From Bryobacterales bacterium (lineage in GTDB: Bacteria; Acidobacteriota; Terriglobia; Bryobacterales; Bryobacteraceae), in NCBI GenBank assembly GCA_003136215.1, contig PLDO01000523.1, positions 16,708 through 65,293 on the forward strand: a stretch of 48,586 nt of DNA, given 5' to 3'. Each line of letters starts with the position of its first letter. Within the stretch, counting starts at the first letter, position 1. The notes beneath the pieces were generated by a model. The model did no database searches, had not been told where the DNA came from, and saw only the letters and a program-made list of their open reading frames with translations. The position numbers were made by a program, and so were the translations under genes. Shown in pieces: positions 9,813-21,999 of the stretch.

Positions 9813-12800
9813 GTGCGGAAGTTGCTGCTATGCTGTGCCCCGGTGCTGTGCGCATTATGCGTCCTGCACGCGGCACGTCTGCCGATTCGCACTTATACGA
9901 CCGCGGACGGCCTGGCGCGCGACCATATCCTCTGCATCGCGCAGGACTCTCACGGGTTCCTGTGGTTCTGCACGGCGGAAGGCCTGTCCCGGTTCGACGG
10001 ATACCGCTTCACCAATTACACAACCGCGCAGGGACTGCCGGATAACGAGATTGAGGATTTCCTGGAGACCCGTGCGGGCGTGTATTGGGTAGCCACGGCG
10101 GGCGGACTGTGCCGGTTCGAGCCGGCCGGCGCCGGCGCTTCCCGCTTCCACTGCCTGGCTGTGACGGGGGCCGGAGGCGTCGCAGCACCCCTCGTCCTCT
10201 ATGAAGACCGCGCCGGCGCCGTGTGGGCGGGCGGCGGCGGCGGAGTGTTCCGCCTGGATCCGCACGACACATCTTTTCGCCAGGTCGAGTTGCCGCGCCG
10301 CGCGGACGCCATCGTCACCGCCCTCCTGACGGACCGGCGCGGAGTGTTGTGGATCGGCCTGTCGAGCGGGCTGTACCGGCGCGGTCCGGACGGGACCGTG
10401 AGGACGTACACGCGGGCCGACGGTCTGCCCGCCGATTACATCATGGCGCTGATCGAGGACCGCGCCGGGCGCGTGTGGATCGGGACGCGGGGCGGCTTGG
10501 CGCGCGTGGACGCTGCAACGGAGGCAGGAGGCCCGCGCGGCGGGCTGGGCGGATTGCGCGTGTACGGGACAATGGACGGGCTGCTTAACCCGCGCGTCGA
10601 GTCGCTGCTGGAGACGTCGGATGGGACGGTGTGGGTGGGGACCAGCCTGGGGATCGCGGAGTACACTCCGGCGGCGCACGACGGCGGCCGCGAGTTCCGC
10701 GGCTATACGCTGGCGCAGGGGCTGAGCGCACGGAGTGTGGGTGCGCTGGCCGAGGATCGCGACGGCAACCTGTGGATCGGCACCTTCGGGTCGGGCGCCA
10801 TGAAGGTGGCGCACAGCGGCTTCGTCACGTATGGCGAAGGGGATGGCCTCCCCTACGCGGTTTCGCTGATGGAGACGCGCCAGGGCGAATTCTGCGCCGT
10901 CTCGCGCGATGAATCCGGCGTTACCGTGGCGCGCTTTGACGGCCGGCGATTCCAACAGATCCGGCCGGCCTGGCCGCGGGACCTGACGTACTTTGGGTGG
11001 GGGAGAGGGCAGGTCGCGGTGCAGGACGAGGAATCCGAGTGGTGGATTGCCACCGGCCAAGGACTCTGCCGCTTCGGTGCTGCATCCCGGGTGGATCAAC
11101 TGGCCGGCGCCCGGCCCAAGAGGATCTACGGCACGCGCGACGGACTGGCGGGGGAGAACATCTTCCGCGTGTTCGAGGATTCGCGGTGCGACATCTGGAT
11201 CGGGACCATCGGACTGGATGGGGCCGACGGGTTGGCGCGGTGGCGGCGCAAGACGGGCAGGATCGAAGCGTTCTCGCCGGCCGACGGTCTGCCGGAGAAA
11301 CCCGTCCCCACGGCGTTCGCGGAGGATCGCTCTGGGAACGTGTGGATCGGCCTGTTTCACGGAGGGCTGGCGCGCTATAGGCCGGGCGGCAGGTTCACCA
11401 CGTTCACCGCCGCCGACGGGGTTCCGGGGCAGGTCCGCTCGCTCTACCTGGATGCCGGCGGAAGACTGTGGATCGGGATGACGCAGGGGCTGGTGCGGGT
11501 GGACGACCTGACGGCGGAGCGGCCCCGGTTCACTACGTTTACGACGGCCCACGGATTATCCAGCGCCTACATCGGGGCCCTCGTGGAAGATCGTTGGGGG
11601 CGAATTTACGCCGCAACGGGCCGCGGGATCGACAGGTTCGAACCGCAGCCCGGCGGACCGGGACGAATTCGACACTATACTACCGCGGACGGCGTGGCGC
11701 CGGGCGAGTTGGAACTGGCGCACCGTGACCGCCAGGGTGCTCTGTGGTTCAGCTCGCCGCTGGGACTCTCGCAGCTGGTTCCGTCTCTGGAGCGCACACG
11801 GGCTCCACCGCCGGTTCTGATCACCGGCCTGAGCGCGGGCGGCGTTCCGCGCGGCATTTCCGAACTGGGCGAATCCAGCGTCGCCGGGCTCAAACTGACG
11901 CAAAGGCCGATCCGGGTGGATTTCGTGGGACTGGACTATTCACCGGGTGAGGCCCTGCACTACCAGTACATGCTGGAAAACGCCGACCGCGAATGGGGTC
12001 CGCCGACGGATCAGCGTACGGTGGTGTACGCCAGCCTGGCCGCGGGCACGTACCGGTTCCTGGTGCGCGCGGTGGCGAGCGACGGTTCCGCGAGTCCGCT
12101 GCCGGCCGCCATTACCTTCACGATTCCCCCACCCGCGTGGCGCTCCTGGTGGTTTCTCGTGGGGTGTGGACTGGTGGGCCTGTTGATTCTGTTCGCGCTT
12201 CACCGCTACCGCCTGGCGCAAGCGGTGGCGGTGGCGGACGTGCGCACGCGGATCGCGACGGACCTGCACGACGACATCGGAGCCAGCCTCTCGCAGATCG
12301 CCATTCTGAGCGAAGTTGCGCAGCGCGCGGCGCTTCCGCCGGAGCCTGGCGCGCGGCTTCCGCTGACCGAGATCGCCGGCATTTCGCGTGCCCTGGTGGA
12401 TGCCATGAGCGACATCGTCTGGGCCATCAACCCGGAGCACGACCGATTGAGCAATCTCGTTTTCCGCATGAGGCGCTTCGCGATGGACGTTTTGGGAGGG
12501 CAGGGAATCGCCCTGCGATTCAATTCCTCGGTGCCGGAGCACGATCTGAGAATCGGGGTGGATGTCCGGCGGCAGGTGTACCTGATCTTCAAGGAAGGCG
12601 TGCACAACATCGCGCGGCATTCCGGTGCGGACCGCGTGCAAGTCGACCTCGATCGCGTGGCGGACCGCCTGACGCTGCAACTCCGCGACAACGGCGCGGG
12701 CTTCGATCCGCGGGCCGAATACCAGGGGCACGGCCTGGCCAATATGCGGAAGCGCGCCGCCTTGCTGCGCGGAAACGTGGAGTTCGTTTGCGAGCCGGGC

Positions 12801-12953
12801 AAGGGAACGTTGCTGCGCATGACGGTACCCCTGGAGGGGAAGACGATACTGGCAGCAGTGAGGGGGACGGCCGCCAGGGTTTCGAGTAAGCTGAGAGCTT
12901 GGCAAAAGCGAGTTCACCGACCGCAGGGGGGGCGCCGCGCCGGATCACGGTAG
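9813..12953 (+). CDS. Sensor histidine kinase with two-component-regulator propeller repeats, a Y_Y_Y domain, a TM segment, and HisKA_3 plus HATPase domains
   Basis: Signal peptide, then many repeats of the GL.rf../vW.gT.gGL type. The Y_Y_Y region is LHYQYMLENADREWG...GTYRFLVRAV. A TM segment (WWFLVGCGLVGLLILFAL) is followed by the H-box DLHDDIGASLSQI and ATPase motifs (VHNIARHS, DNGAGFD, GHGLANM). Confidence 0.92.
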   Translation: MRKLLLCCAPVLCALCVLHAARLPIRTYTTADGLARDHILCIAQDSHGFLWFCTAEGLSRFDGYRFTNYTTAQGLPDNEIEDFLETRAGVYWVATAGGLCRFEPAGAGASRFHCLAVTGAGGVAAPLVLYEDRAGAVWAGGGGGVFRLDPHDTSFRQVELPRRADAIVTALLTDRRGVLWIGLSSGLYRRGPDGTVRTYTRADGLPADYIMALIEDRAGRVWIGTRGGLARVDAATEAGGPRGGLGGLRVYGTMDGLLNPRVESLLETSDGTVWVGTSLGIAEYTPAAHDGGREFRGYTLAQGLSARSVGALAEDRDGNLWIGTFGSGAMKVAHSGFVTYGEGDGLPYAVSLMETRQGEFCAVSRDESGVTVARFDGRRFQQIRPAWPRDLTYFGWGRGQVAVQDEESEWWIATGQGLCRFGAASRVDQLAGARPKRIYGTRDGLAGENIFRVFEDSRCDIWIGTIGLDGADGLARWRRKTGRIEAFSPADGLPEKPVPTAFAEDRSGNVWIGLFHGGLARYRPGGRFTTFTAADGVPGQVRSLYLDAGGRLWIGMTQGLVRVDDLTAERPRFTTFTTAHGLSSAYIGALVEDRWGRIYAATGRGIDRFEPQPGGPGRIRHYTTADGVAPGELELAHRDRQGALWFSSPLGLSQLVPSLERTRAPPPVLITGLSAGGVPRGISELGESSVAGLKLTQRPIRVDFVGLDYSPGEALHYQYMLENADREWGPPTDQRTVVYASLAAGTYRFLVRAVASDGSASPLPAAITFTIPPPAWRSWWFLVGCGLVGLLILFALHRYRLAQAVAVADVRTRIATDLHDDIGASLSQIAILSEVAQRAALPPEPGARLPLTEIAGISRALVDAMSDIVWAINPEHDRLSNLVFRMRRFAMDVLGGQGIALRFNSSVPEHDLRIGVDVRRQVYLIFKEGVHNIARHSGADRVQVDLDRVADRLTLQLRDNGAGFDPRAEYQGHGLANMRKRAALLRGNVEFVCEPGKGTLLRMTVPLEGKTILAAVRGTAARVSSKLRAWQKRVHRPQGGRRAGSR

Positions 12954-13576
12954 CCATCGTCGAAGACGACCGGCTGATCCGCGAGGGGTTGTGCACGCTC
13001 ATCAACGGCGCCAAGGGGTACTGTTGCACCGGCGCGTATCGTTCCATGGAAGACGCCCTGGCGCGGCCATGGAGTGAGATCCCCCTGGTGGCGCTGGTGG
13101 ACATCGGGTTGCCGGGAATGTCGGGTGTCGAGGGGCTGCCCATCCTCCGCGAGAAATATCCGGATGTCGCACTGCTGATGCTGACCATCTACGATGACGA
13201 CCAGCGTATCTTCGACGCGTTGTGTGCGGGCGCCTGCGGCTATCTGTTGAAGAAGACGCCGCCGGACAAGCTGCTGGAATCGCTGGCGGAGGTGCTGGCG
13301 GGCGGCGCTCCGATGTCGCCCGAGATTGCGCGGCGGGTGCTGCGCCTGTTCCGGGAGATCCGGCTGCCGCAGACCGCCGGTGCGCGCCTGACTCCGCACG
13401 AACTGCGGTTGCTGAAGCTGCTGGTGGAAGGGCACAACTACCAGAGTGCGGCCGCGGAACTGGGTGTAAGTTTCAGCACAATCAACTTTCACATGCAGAA
13501 TATCTACGGAAAACTGCAGGTGCATTCCAAATCGGAAGCCGTGGCCAAAGCCCTGCGGCACCGGCTGGTACGATGA
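12899..13576 (+). CDS. NarL/FixJ (LuxR-type) response regulator
   Basis: Receiver domain (VAIVEDD ... VDIGLPGMSG ... LLKK) plus a LuxR HTH (LTPHELRLLKLLVEGHNYQSAAAELGVSFSTINFHMQNIYGKL). The only in-frame start is the TTG at 12899, which overlaps the kinase tail by 55 nt, so the start is uncertain. Confidence 0.88.
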   Translation: MAKASSPTAGGAPRRITVAIVEDDRLIREGLCTLINGAKGYCCTGAYRSMEDALARPWSEIPLVALVDIGLPGMSGVEGLPILREKYPDVALLMLTIYDDDQRIFDALCAGACGYLLKKTPPDKLLESLAEVLAGGAPMSPEIARRVLRLFREIRLPQTAGARLTPHELRLLKLLVEGHNYQSAAAELGVSFSTINFHMQNIYGKLQVHSKSEAVAKALRHRLVR

Positions 13577-13616
13577 CCCAGCGATTTGGCGCTACCGGAA
13601 CCCCTCGCTGACGCTC

Positions 13617-13636
13617 GGGGCTCAGATCGGAGCCCC
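13617..13636 (+). terminator. Hairpin downstream of the response regulator (possible terminator)
   Basis: GGGGCTC-agatcg-GAGCCCC, a perfect 7-bp stem 41 nt after the stop. No U-tract follows. Confidence 0.3.
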
Positions 13637-13796
13637 GACCGTGAGGGAGGGGTTGCCCTCGTGCAAAACATCCCGTGGTCAGGGCACCAGTACGGTAGCA
13701 CGGCGGCAGGCTCACAATACTAGCAGTGTTGAGGGGCCTCAAATAGATTGTCCCTTGTACAATCGCCACAGCTAAGTTACACCCGGAGGGTCCACA

Positions 13797-14087
13797 ATGC
13801 GCTTACTGACGAACCGAATCTCACTTTTGAAACTTGCCGGCGTCCTGCTTCTGATGGTAGGGCTGGCCCTTGCCCAAGCGCCGAAGCAGAACGTTTCCGG
13901 CGGCCGGCACCCCAACCTGGCAGCAGCTCAGCGGCTCAGCCAGCAAGCCTGGGAGAAGATTGTCGCCGCGCAGGAAGCCAACGAGTGGGACATGCAGGGG
14001 CACGCCCAGAAGGCCAAGAACCTGCTGGACGAGGTCAACAAAGAGCTGAAGATGGCTGCCGAGGCGGCGAATCACAAGGGCAAGTAG
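13797..14087 (+). CDS. Small secreted helical protein, unknown function
   Basis: GGAGGG lies 8 nt upstream of the ATG. Signal peptide LLKLAGVLLLMVGLALAQA, followed by a mature part of about 70 aa rich in charged residues. Confidence 0.7.
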   Translation: MRLLTNRISLLKLAGVLLLMVGLALAQAPKQNVSGGRHPNLAAAQRLSQQAWEKIVAAQEANEWDMQGHAQKAKNLLDEVNKELKMAAEAANHKGK

Positions 14088-14106
14088 GGCAGTAAGGGGC
14101 AGTCTC

Positions 14107-17100
14107 ATGAGAATGCGAGCGGCCTTGAGGACAACTGTTCTCGTTGTGATCGCCGCCGGCGCCGTTCTGCTGTGCCGGCGATTTCTTTCTCCCGCGGTTT
14201 CCATCCATGCCGCCACCACGACGGTGGCGCCGGCGCAGTCGTTCCTCTTGATCCTGGGGGTCGGCGACACGGCGGCCACCAACTGGGACGGATCGATTGC
14301 GGTGACGGGAGCGCCGGTGGAAATCCTGCGCGGCTGGCGATTCGAAGGAACGGATGCCATCAGCGGTACCACCAGTTGGAAGATGAGCACGCGGGTGACG
14401 CCCTCGCTGACCCCGCCCGGCCCGGTGCAGGAGAACGGGGTGATCGTGAAGGTGGGGGCTTCGGCCTCCCCGGTGAAGTTCGACGTCACCACCCCGCAAG
14501 GGAACTTCAGCTTTTCGTCGGCCGACGTGCCGTTCGGCGTGAGCAAGACGTTTCTGAGCGGCAAGGCGCTGGTGGCGCAGACGGGCGCGCAGTTTCAATT
14601 GACGTCGTCGAGCGAGGAGGAGGATTTTCCGTCGATGGCGCAGTCGGGCGATGACGTGTACCTCGCCTACACGGAGTTCGTGCACGGCGACCGAACGCTG
14701 GCCACCGGGCAGGGAACCACAACGCCCATCACCGACTTTACCTTCCTGGCGCGTCCGGCGGGCGGCGACCAGGTACTTCTGATGCACTACTCCGTGGCGC
14801 AGCGCACGTGGACAGGACCGCTCGCGGTGACCGCCGCCGGCGAAGACATCATGCGCACCGCGGTGGCAGTGGATGGACAGGGCCGCGCGTGGATTTTCTA
14901 CTGCGCCCGGCGGAGCGGAAACTTCGACCTCTACGCGCGCAACGCTCGCGCCGATGGAACCATGTCCGCCGAAATCCAGTTGACCACCGACCCGGGCACC
15001 GATCTGTTTCCCGCGGCCGCCACCGACTCGGCGGGCCGGGTGTGGGTGACCTGGCAGGCGTTCCGCAACAACAATCTCGAAATCCTGGCAAGCGTGCAGA
15101 ACGGGGACGCTTTCTGGCCGGAGACGACGGTTTCGTTCTCGCCGGCAAGCGACTGGGACCCGGCAATTGCCGCGTCGGCCGATGGACAAGTGGCGATCTC
15201 GTGGGATACCTACGACAAGGGCGATTACGACGTCTACGTGCGGCGGGTGCGATTCGCCGACCAGATCGCCATGGACGCGCCCATCGCGGCGGCGGCGACG
15301 GTCAACTTCGAGGCGCGCAGTTCGCTGGCGTACGATGCGCAGAACCGTTTGTGGATCGCCTATGAGACGGCCGGCAGCCGCTGGGGCAAGGACTTCGGCG
15401 CCTTCGATACCACCGGCTTGCCGCTGTATTCCAGCCATACGGTGCAAGTGGTCTGCCTGGTGGGCAACGACCTGTACAAAACCACCGACGACGTCGGGCG
15501 GGTGCTGCCCGGCGCGCCGGCGACGCACCTGTTCCTCAACGGCACCCAGGGGACAAGCTTTATCATGCAGCCCGACGCGACATTGTCCGCCCAGCGCACG
15601 GCGAACAATGGCGTGGGCCCGCCATCCGGCCCCAGAAACAGTTTCCCCCGCCTGGCGACAGACCCGGACGGCACTGTGTACCTGGCGTTCCGCACGCTGG
15701 TGGGCACTGGCCTTTCCGGGAGCCATTCGACCGGCGGGCTGAGCGTTGGCTCGATCTGGATCGGCCAGATGGTGTATTTCGACGGCGCCCAGTGGCACGG
15801 ACCTGGGGTTCTGGGCTTTACCGATGGCGTCAGCGATAACCGTCCTTCGATCGTGGCGCTGGGCTCCGGGCGGCTGTTGATCGCGCACTCCTCCGACCAC
15901 CGGCTCAACCCGTTGGCCCCCGGGACCCCGCAGAGCGACGGCGTCAGCTCTGACATTTTTCAATCCGAATTGACGGTCGCCCGGACCCAGCAACCGGCGC
16001 AACTGCAGCGCATCGGAACCATCGTGCCCGACCCTCCGGACCCGGGCGCGGCGGGGGAGCGGGCGGCCTCCGCGCTCAGCCGCGGCTACCGTCCCAGGAT
16101 GAACGGGCAGAGTTTGCGGCTCATGCGGGGAGACTTCCATCGCCACACGGAGATCTCCTTTGACGGGCGCGGCGATGGGCCGTTGATCGACGCGTATCGC
16201 TACTACATTGACGCGGCGTCGCTCGATTGGGCCGGCTGCTGCGATCACGATAACGGCGAGGCGCGCGAGTACACCTGGTGGCTCACCCAGAAATTCACCG
16301 ACGCGTATCTGCTGGGGCCGAAGTATGTCCCGATGTTCTATTACGAGCGCAGCGTGAGCTACCCGGAGGGACATCGCAATGTGATCTTCGCTCAGCGCGG
16401 CGTGCGCACACTGCCCCGGCTGCCGGTCACCTCGCCCACTTCGCCGGTGGCGCCTGCGCCGGACACGACCATGCTGTATGCCTACCTCCACTTCTTCGGT
16501 GGAATGAGCGCGCCGCACACCAGCGCCACCGATCAGGGGACGGACTGGCGCAACAACGACCCGCAGGTGGAGTCGTTCGTCGAGATCTATCAGGGCGATC
16601 GCCAGGATTACGAAATGCCGGGCGCGCCGCGCTCCAATACGTCCGCCGATTCCATCTCCGGGTACGAGGCCGCCGGATACGTTTCCAACGCGCTGGGCAA
16701 GGGCTATCAGCTCGGCTTCGAGGCATCCAGCGATCACATCTCCACGCACATCTCGTATACCAACATGTGGGTGACCGCGCCGACCCGGGCCGGCATCCTG
16801 GACGCCATGAAGAAGCGCAGGATGTACGGATCCACCGACAACATCGTCGCCGACTTTCGCAGCGGGAGCCATTTCATGGGCGAGGCTTTCTCGGCCGCCG
16901 GCGCGCCGGTGTTCACCGTGCGGCTGTGGGGGACGAATCCGTTCCAGAGCGTGGTAGTGGTCAAGGACAACAACATCGTCTATTCCACCAGCGGGGATCG
17001 CACCGTGGCCTTCAGCTGGCAGGATCAGACCGCGGTCAAGGGCAAAACCAGCTACTACTACGTGCGCGGCGTGCAATCCGACGGGCAGATCGTCTGGGTC

Positions 17101-17127
17101 AGCCCGATGTGGGTGACCATGCAATGA
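14107..17127 (+). CDS. Large secreted protein: N-terminal propeller-like repeats plus a C-terminal PHP/DUF3604-like metal-dependent hydrolase domain
   Basis: Signal/anchor peptide, then repeats such as DDVYLAYTEF, AWIFYCARRSGNFDLYARN, VWVTWQAFRNNNLEILAS and ISWDTYDKGDYDVYVRR. The C-terminal part carries a PHP-like metal ligand series: GDFHRHTEISFDG, CCDHDNG, SAPHTSATD, EASSDHISTH. Confidence 0.8.
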   Translation: MRMRAALRTTVLVVIAAGAVLLCRRFLSPAVSIHAATTTVAPAQSFLLILGVGDTAATNWDGSIAVTGAPVEILRGWRFEGTDAISGTTSWKMSTRVTPSLTPPGPVQENGVIVKVGASASPVKFDVTTPQGNFSFSSADVPFGVSKTFLSGKALVAQTGAQFQLTSSSEEEDFPSMAQSGDDVYLAYTEFVHGDRTLATGQGTTTPITDFTFLARPAGGDQVLLMHYSVAQRTWTGPLAVTAAGEDIMRTAVAVDGQGRAWIFYCARRSGNFDLYARNARADGTMSAEIQLTTDPGTDLFPAAATDSAGRVWVTWQAFRNNNLEILASVQNGDAFWPETTVSFSPASDWDPAIAASADGQVAISWDTYDKGDYDVYVRRVRFADQIAMDAPIAAAATVNFEARSSLAYDAQNRLWIAYETAGSRWGKDFGAFDTTGLPLYSSHTVQVVCLVGNDLYKTTDDVGRVLPGAPATHLFLNGTQGTSFIMQPDATLSAQRTANNGVGPPSGPRNSFPRLATDPDGTVYLAFRTLVGTGLSGSHSTGGLSVGSIWIGQMVYFDGAQWHGPGVLGFTDGVSDNRPSIVALGSGRLLIAHSSDHRLNPLAPGTPQSDGVSSDIFQSELTVARTQQPAQLQRIGTIVPDPPDPGAAGERAASALSRGYRPRMNGQSLRLMRGDFHRHTEISFDGRGDGPLIDAYRYYIDAASLDWAGCCDHDNGEAREYTWWLTQKFTDAYLLGPKYVPMFYYERSVSYPEGHRNVIFAQRGVRTLPRLPVTSPTSPVAPAPDTTMLYAYLHFFGGMSAPHTSATDQGTDWRNNDPQVESFVEIYQGDRQDYEMPGAPRSNTSADSISGYEAAGYVSNALGKGYQLGFEASSDHISTHISYTNMWVTAPTRAGILDAMKKRRMYGSTDNIVADFRSGSHFMGEAFSAAGAPVFTVRLWGTNPFQSVVVVKDNNIVYSTSGDRTVAFSWQDQTAVKGKTSYYYVRGVQSDGQIVWVSPMWVTMQ

Positions 17128-18896
17128 GGTGGTGTGCGGCGGTTCTGGCGGCGGCGGCGCTGCATGCGCAGACAACGCAACTGCGTCCGCTGCATGTTTC
17201 GGCGCAGGGAAGCATTTTGGACGATGCGGGCAAGCCGGTCGCGCTACGCGGCGTGAACCGGAGCGGCACCGGTTCGGGAAACGCCGAGGGCGGCGCCACC
17301 GATGCCGAGTATGCGGCGCAGAGCCAGTTGTTGGGCGGCAACCTGGTGCGGATTTTTGTCAATGCCGCATGGTGGACGGCCAATGTGCAGGTGCCGCTCG
17401 CCAATCAGAAGTATCAGGACTACATCGACGGGTTGATCCAGCGGTCGAAGAAGTACGGCAGCTATGCGCTGATCGTGAAGGCGGGCCAGTTCCCCGACCC
17501 GCCGTGCGGCGCGGACGGCAAGAATTGTCCGGCACCCAATCAGGGCGATCTGAACTGCCAGGCGAATTCCTCGCTGTGCGCCGCGCAGGATACCAGCGGG
17601 GCGGTGATTGATGCGGCGCTGCCGTTCTGGAGCGCGTTTGCCAAGCGGTATGCGACGGACCCGGCGGTGCTGTACGACACGTGGGAGAACATGTCGGTGT
17701 CCGATCTCGACGCCTGGAGCAATAACCAGAACCAGTTGATCGCCACCATTCGCACCTACAATACGCAGGCGCTGGTGTTTGTGGAGGACGGCGGCACGGC
17801 GTACGAAGCCATTGTCGCGGGCGCCATCCCGGATTTCGCCTGGCCGAACGTGGTGTGGACCTTTCATCTGTACAACGCCAGCGTGGCAGGTTGTACGGAA
17901 CCTGCTTCGCCGCGGTATGCGAACTGGCCGCAGAACCTGATTCCCGTGGTGAATTTCGCGCAGCTTCAAGGGCATGCCGCGGCATTCACGGAGTGGGGCG
18001 GCTGCAACGACAGCGAACCCTATCACACCAACATCACGTCCTTTGCCGCCACGCGCGGCGTGGCGCTCGCGTACTTCGACAGCGGCAACCTGCTGACGTT
18101 GACTGGCAGCGCCTGGCAACTCACCGCAACCGGGGCGAAGGTGGCGCAGGCGTACTCGACGATCGCATCGGGAAGCACGGCGCCGTCGGTTACGCTCGTA
18201 GCCAACGCCGAGGGCGACGTGCCGCTCATCGCTCCCAACACCTGGGTCGAGGTCAAGGGGGCGAATCTGGCGCCGGCGGGCGATACGCGCGTCTGGCAGG
18301 GCAGCGACTTTTTCGGCAGCCAGATGCCAACGCAACTCGACGGCGTCAGCGTCACCGTCAATGGCAAAAGCGCGTTCGTCTACTACATCAGCCCGCAGCA
18401 GATCAATGTTCTGACGCCGCCGGATGCGATGCAGGGAACGGTGCGGGTGCAAGTGACCAGCGCCGGCGTGGCCAGCGCCCTCGTGAATGTTGAGTCACAG
18501 GCTGTGGCGCCGGCATTCTTCGTTTTTAGCGGCGGACCGCAGGTTGCCGCGGAGCATGCGGACGGGAGTTTCCTGGGCTCAGCGACTCTCTATCCGGGGT
18601 TCACGACGCCGGCCAAGCCCGGAGAGACAGTAGTGCTTTACGGCAATGGGTTTGGCCCGACCTCCACGCCTGTGGTGAGCGGCGCCGCCGCGCAATCGGG
18701 AACGCTGCCGGTATTGCCCGCCATCAAGATCGGCGGCATGACGGCGACGGTAGTGTTTGCGGGGCTCATTTTCCCGGGTGAGTTTCAGTTCAACGTGGTG
18801 GTGCCGGACTCGCTTGCCGATGGCGATCAACCGATCACCGCGACGTACAACGGGGCGAGCACGCAACCCGGAACGGTGATCACGGTGAAGCGGTGA
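17124..18896 (+). CDS. Secreted glycoside hydrolase family 5-like enzyme with a TIGR03437-like C-terminal module
   Basis: The track ORF (from 16278) is trimmed to the ATG at 17124, which overlaps the upstream TGA (ATGA). Signal peptide MRWCAAVLAAAALHAQ. GH5-like elements are RGVNRSG, a DTWEN acid/base region and an AFTEWGG nucleophile region. The C-terminal ~210 aa match the same module as at 353-2305 (QQINVLTP ..., GEFQFNVVVP ..., ITATYNG). Confidence 0.85.
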   Translation: MRWCAAVLAAAALHAQTTQLRPLHVSAQGSILDDAGKPVALRGVNRSGTGSGNAEGGATDAEYAAQSQLLGGNLVRIFVNAAWWTANVQVPLANQKYQDYIDGLIQRSKKYGSYALIVKAGQFPDPPCGADGKNCPAPNQGDLNCQANSSLCAAQDTSGAVIDAALPFWSAFAKRYATDPAVLYDTWENMSVSDLDAWSNNQNQLIATIRTYNTQALVFVEDGGTAYEAIVAGAIPDFAWPNVVWTFHLYNASVAGCTEPASPRYANWPQNLIPVVNFAQLQGHAAAFTEWGGCNDSEPYHTNITSFAATRGVALAYFDSGNLLTLTGSAWQLTATGAKVAQAYSTIASGSTAPSVTLVANAEGDVPLIAPNTWVEVKGANLAPAGDTRVWQGSDFFGSQMPTQLDGVSVTVNGKSAFVYYISPQQINVLTPPDAMQGTVRVQVTSAGVASALVNVESQAVAPAFFVFSGGPQVAAEHADGSFLGSATLYPGFTTPAKPGETVVLYGNGFGPTSTPVVSGAAAQSGTLPVLPAIKIGGMTATVVFAGLIFPGEFQFNVVVPDSLADGDQPITATYNGASTQPGTVITVKR

Positions 18897-18935
18897 CAGA
18901 CTTGACGGGACAGAATACGCCCGCGAGCAGGCGCT

Positions 18936-18953
18936 GGCAGGCTCAAGCCTGCC
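18936..18953 (+). terminator. GC hairpin 1 after the GH5 gene
   Basis: GGCAGGC-tcaa-GCCTGCC, a perfect 7-bp stem 40 nt after the stop. Confidence 0.4.
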
Positions 18954-18987
18954 CCACCAATGCTGGCACAAGACTTCCCCTTGGTGG

Positions 18988-19007
18988 CGCAGGCGATTTC
19001 GCCTGCG
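18988..19007 (+). terminator. GC hairpin 2 after the GH5 gene / in the leader of the ATPase gene
   Basis: CGCAGGCG-attt-CGCCTGCG, a perfect 8-bp stem. The flanking CCACCAA (18954-18960) and TTGGTGG (18981-18987) could form an additional stem. Confidence 0.4.
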
Positions 19008-19047
19008 AACTACTCTTCTCAGTTTCCCAGGGAGGGGTTGTCATCTA

Positions 19048-21993
<2,946 letters not shown>

Positions 21994-21999
21994 AAGACG

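Noticed and set aside
12899-12953. The 55-nt overlap of the kinase tail with the response-regulator start, considered as a frameshift or hybrid-kinase fusion
   Set aside because: The two reading frames differ and both proteins are complete in their own frames. The kinase catalytic domain ends ~35 aa before its stop. This is most simply a long unstructured tail plus an uncertain TTG start, and it cannot be resolved without homologue alignment.
16278-17123. Upstream extension of the GH5 ORF overlapping the preceding gene
   Set aside because: It lies in an alternative frame of the clearly coding 14107-17127 gene. The internal ATG at 17124 is followed by a signal peptide and overlaps the upstream stop (ATGA).
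18897-19047. Metal riboswitch upstream of the P-type ATPase
   Set aside because: The hairpins are real, but I could not match any riboswitch consensus from memory. It is kept only as a structured spacer to be scanned with Rfam.
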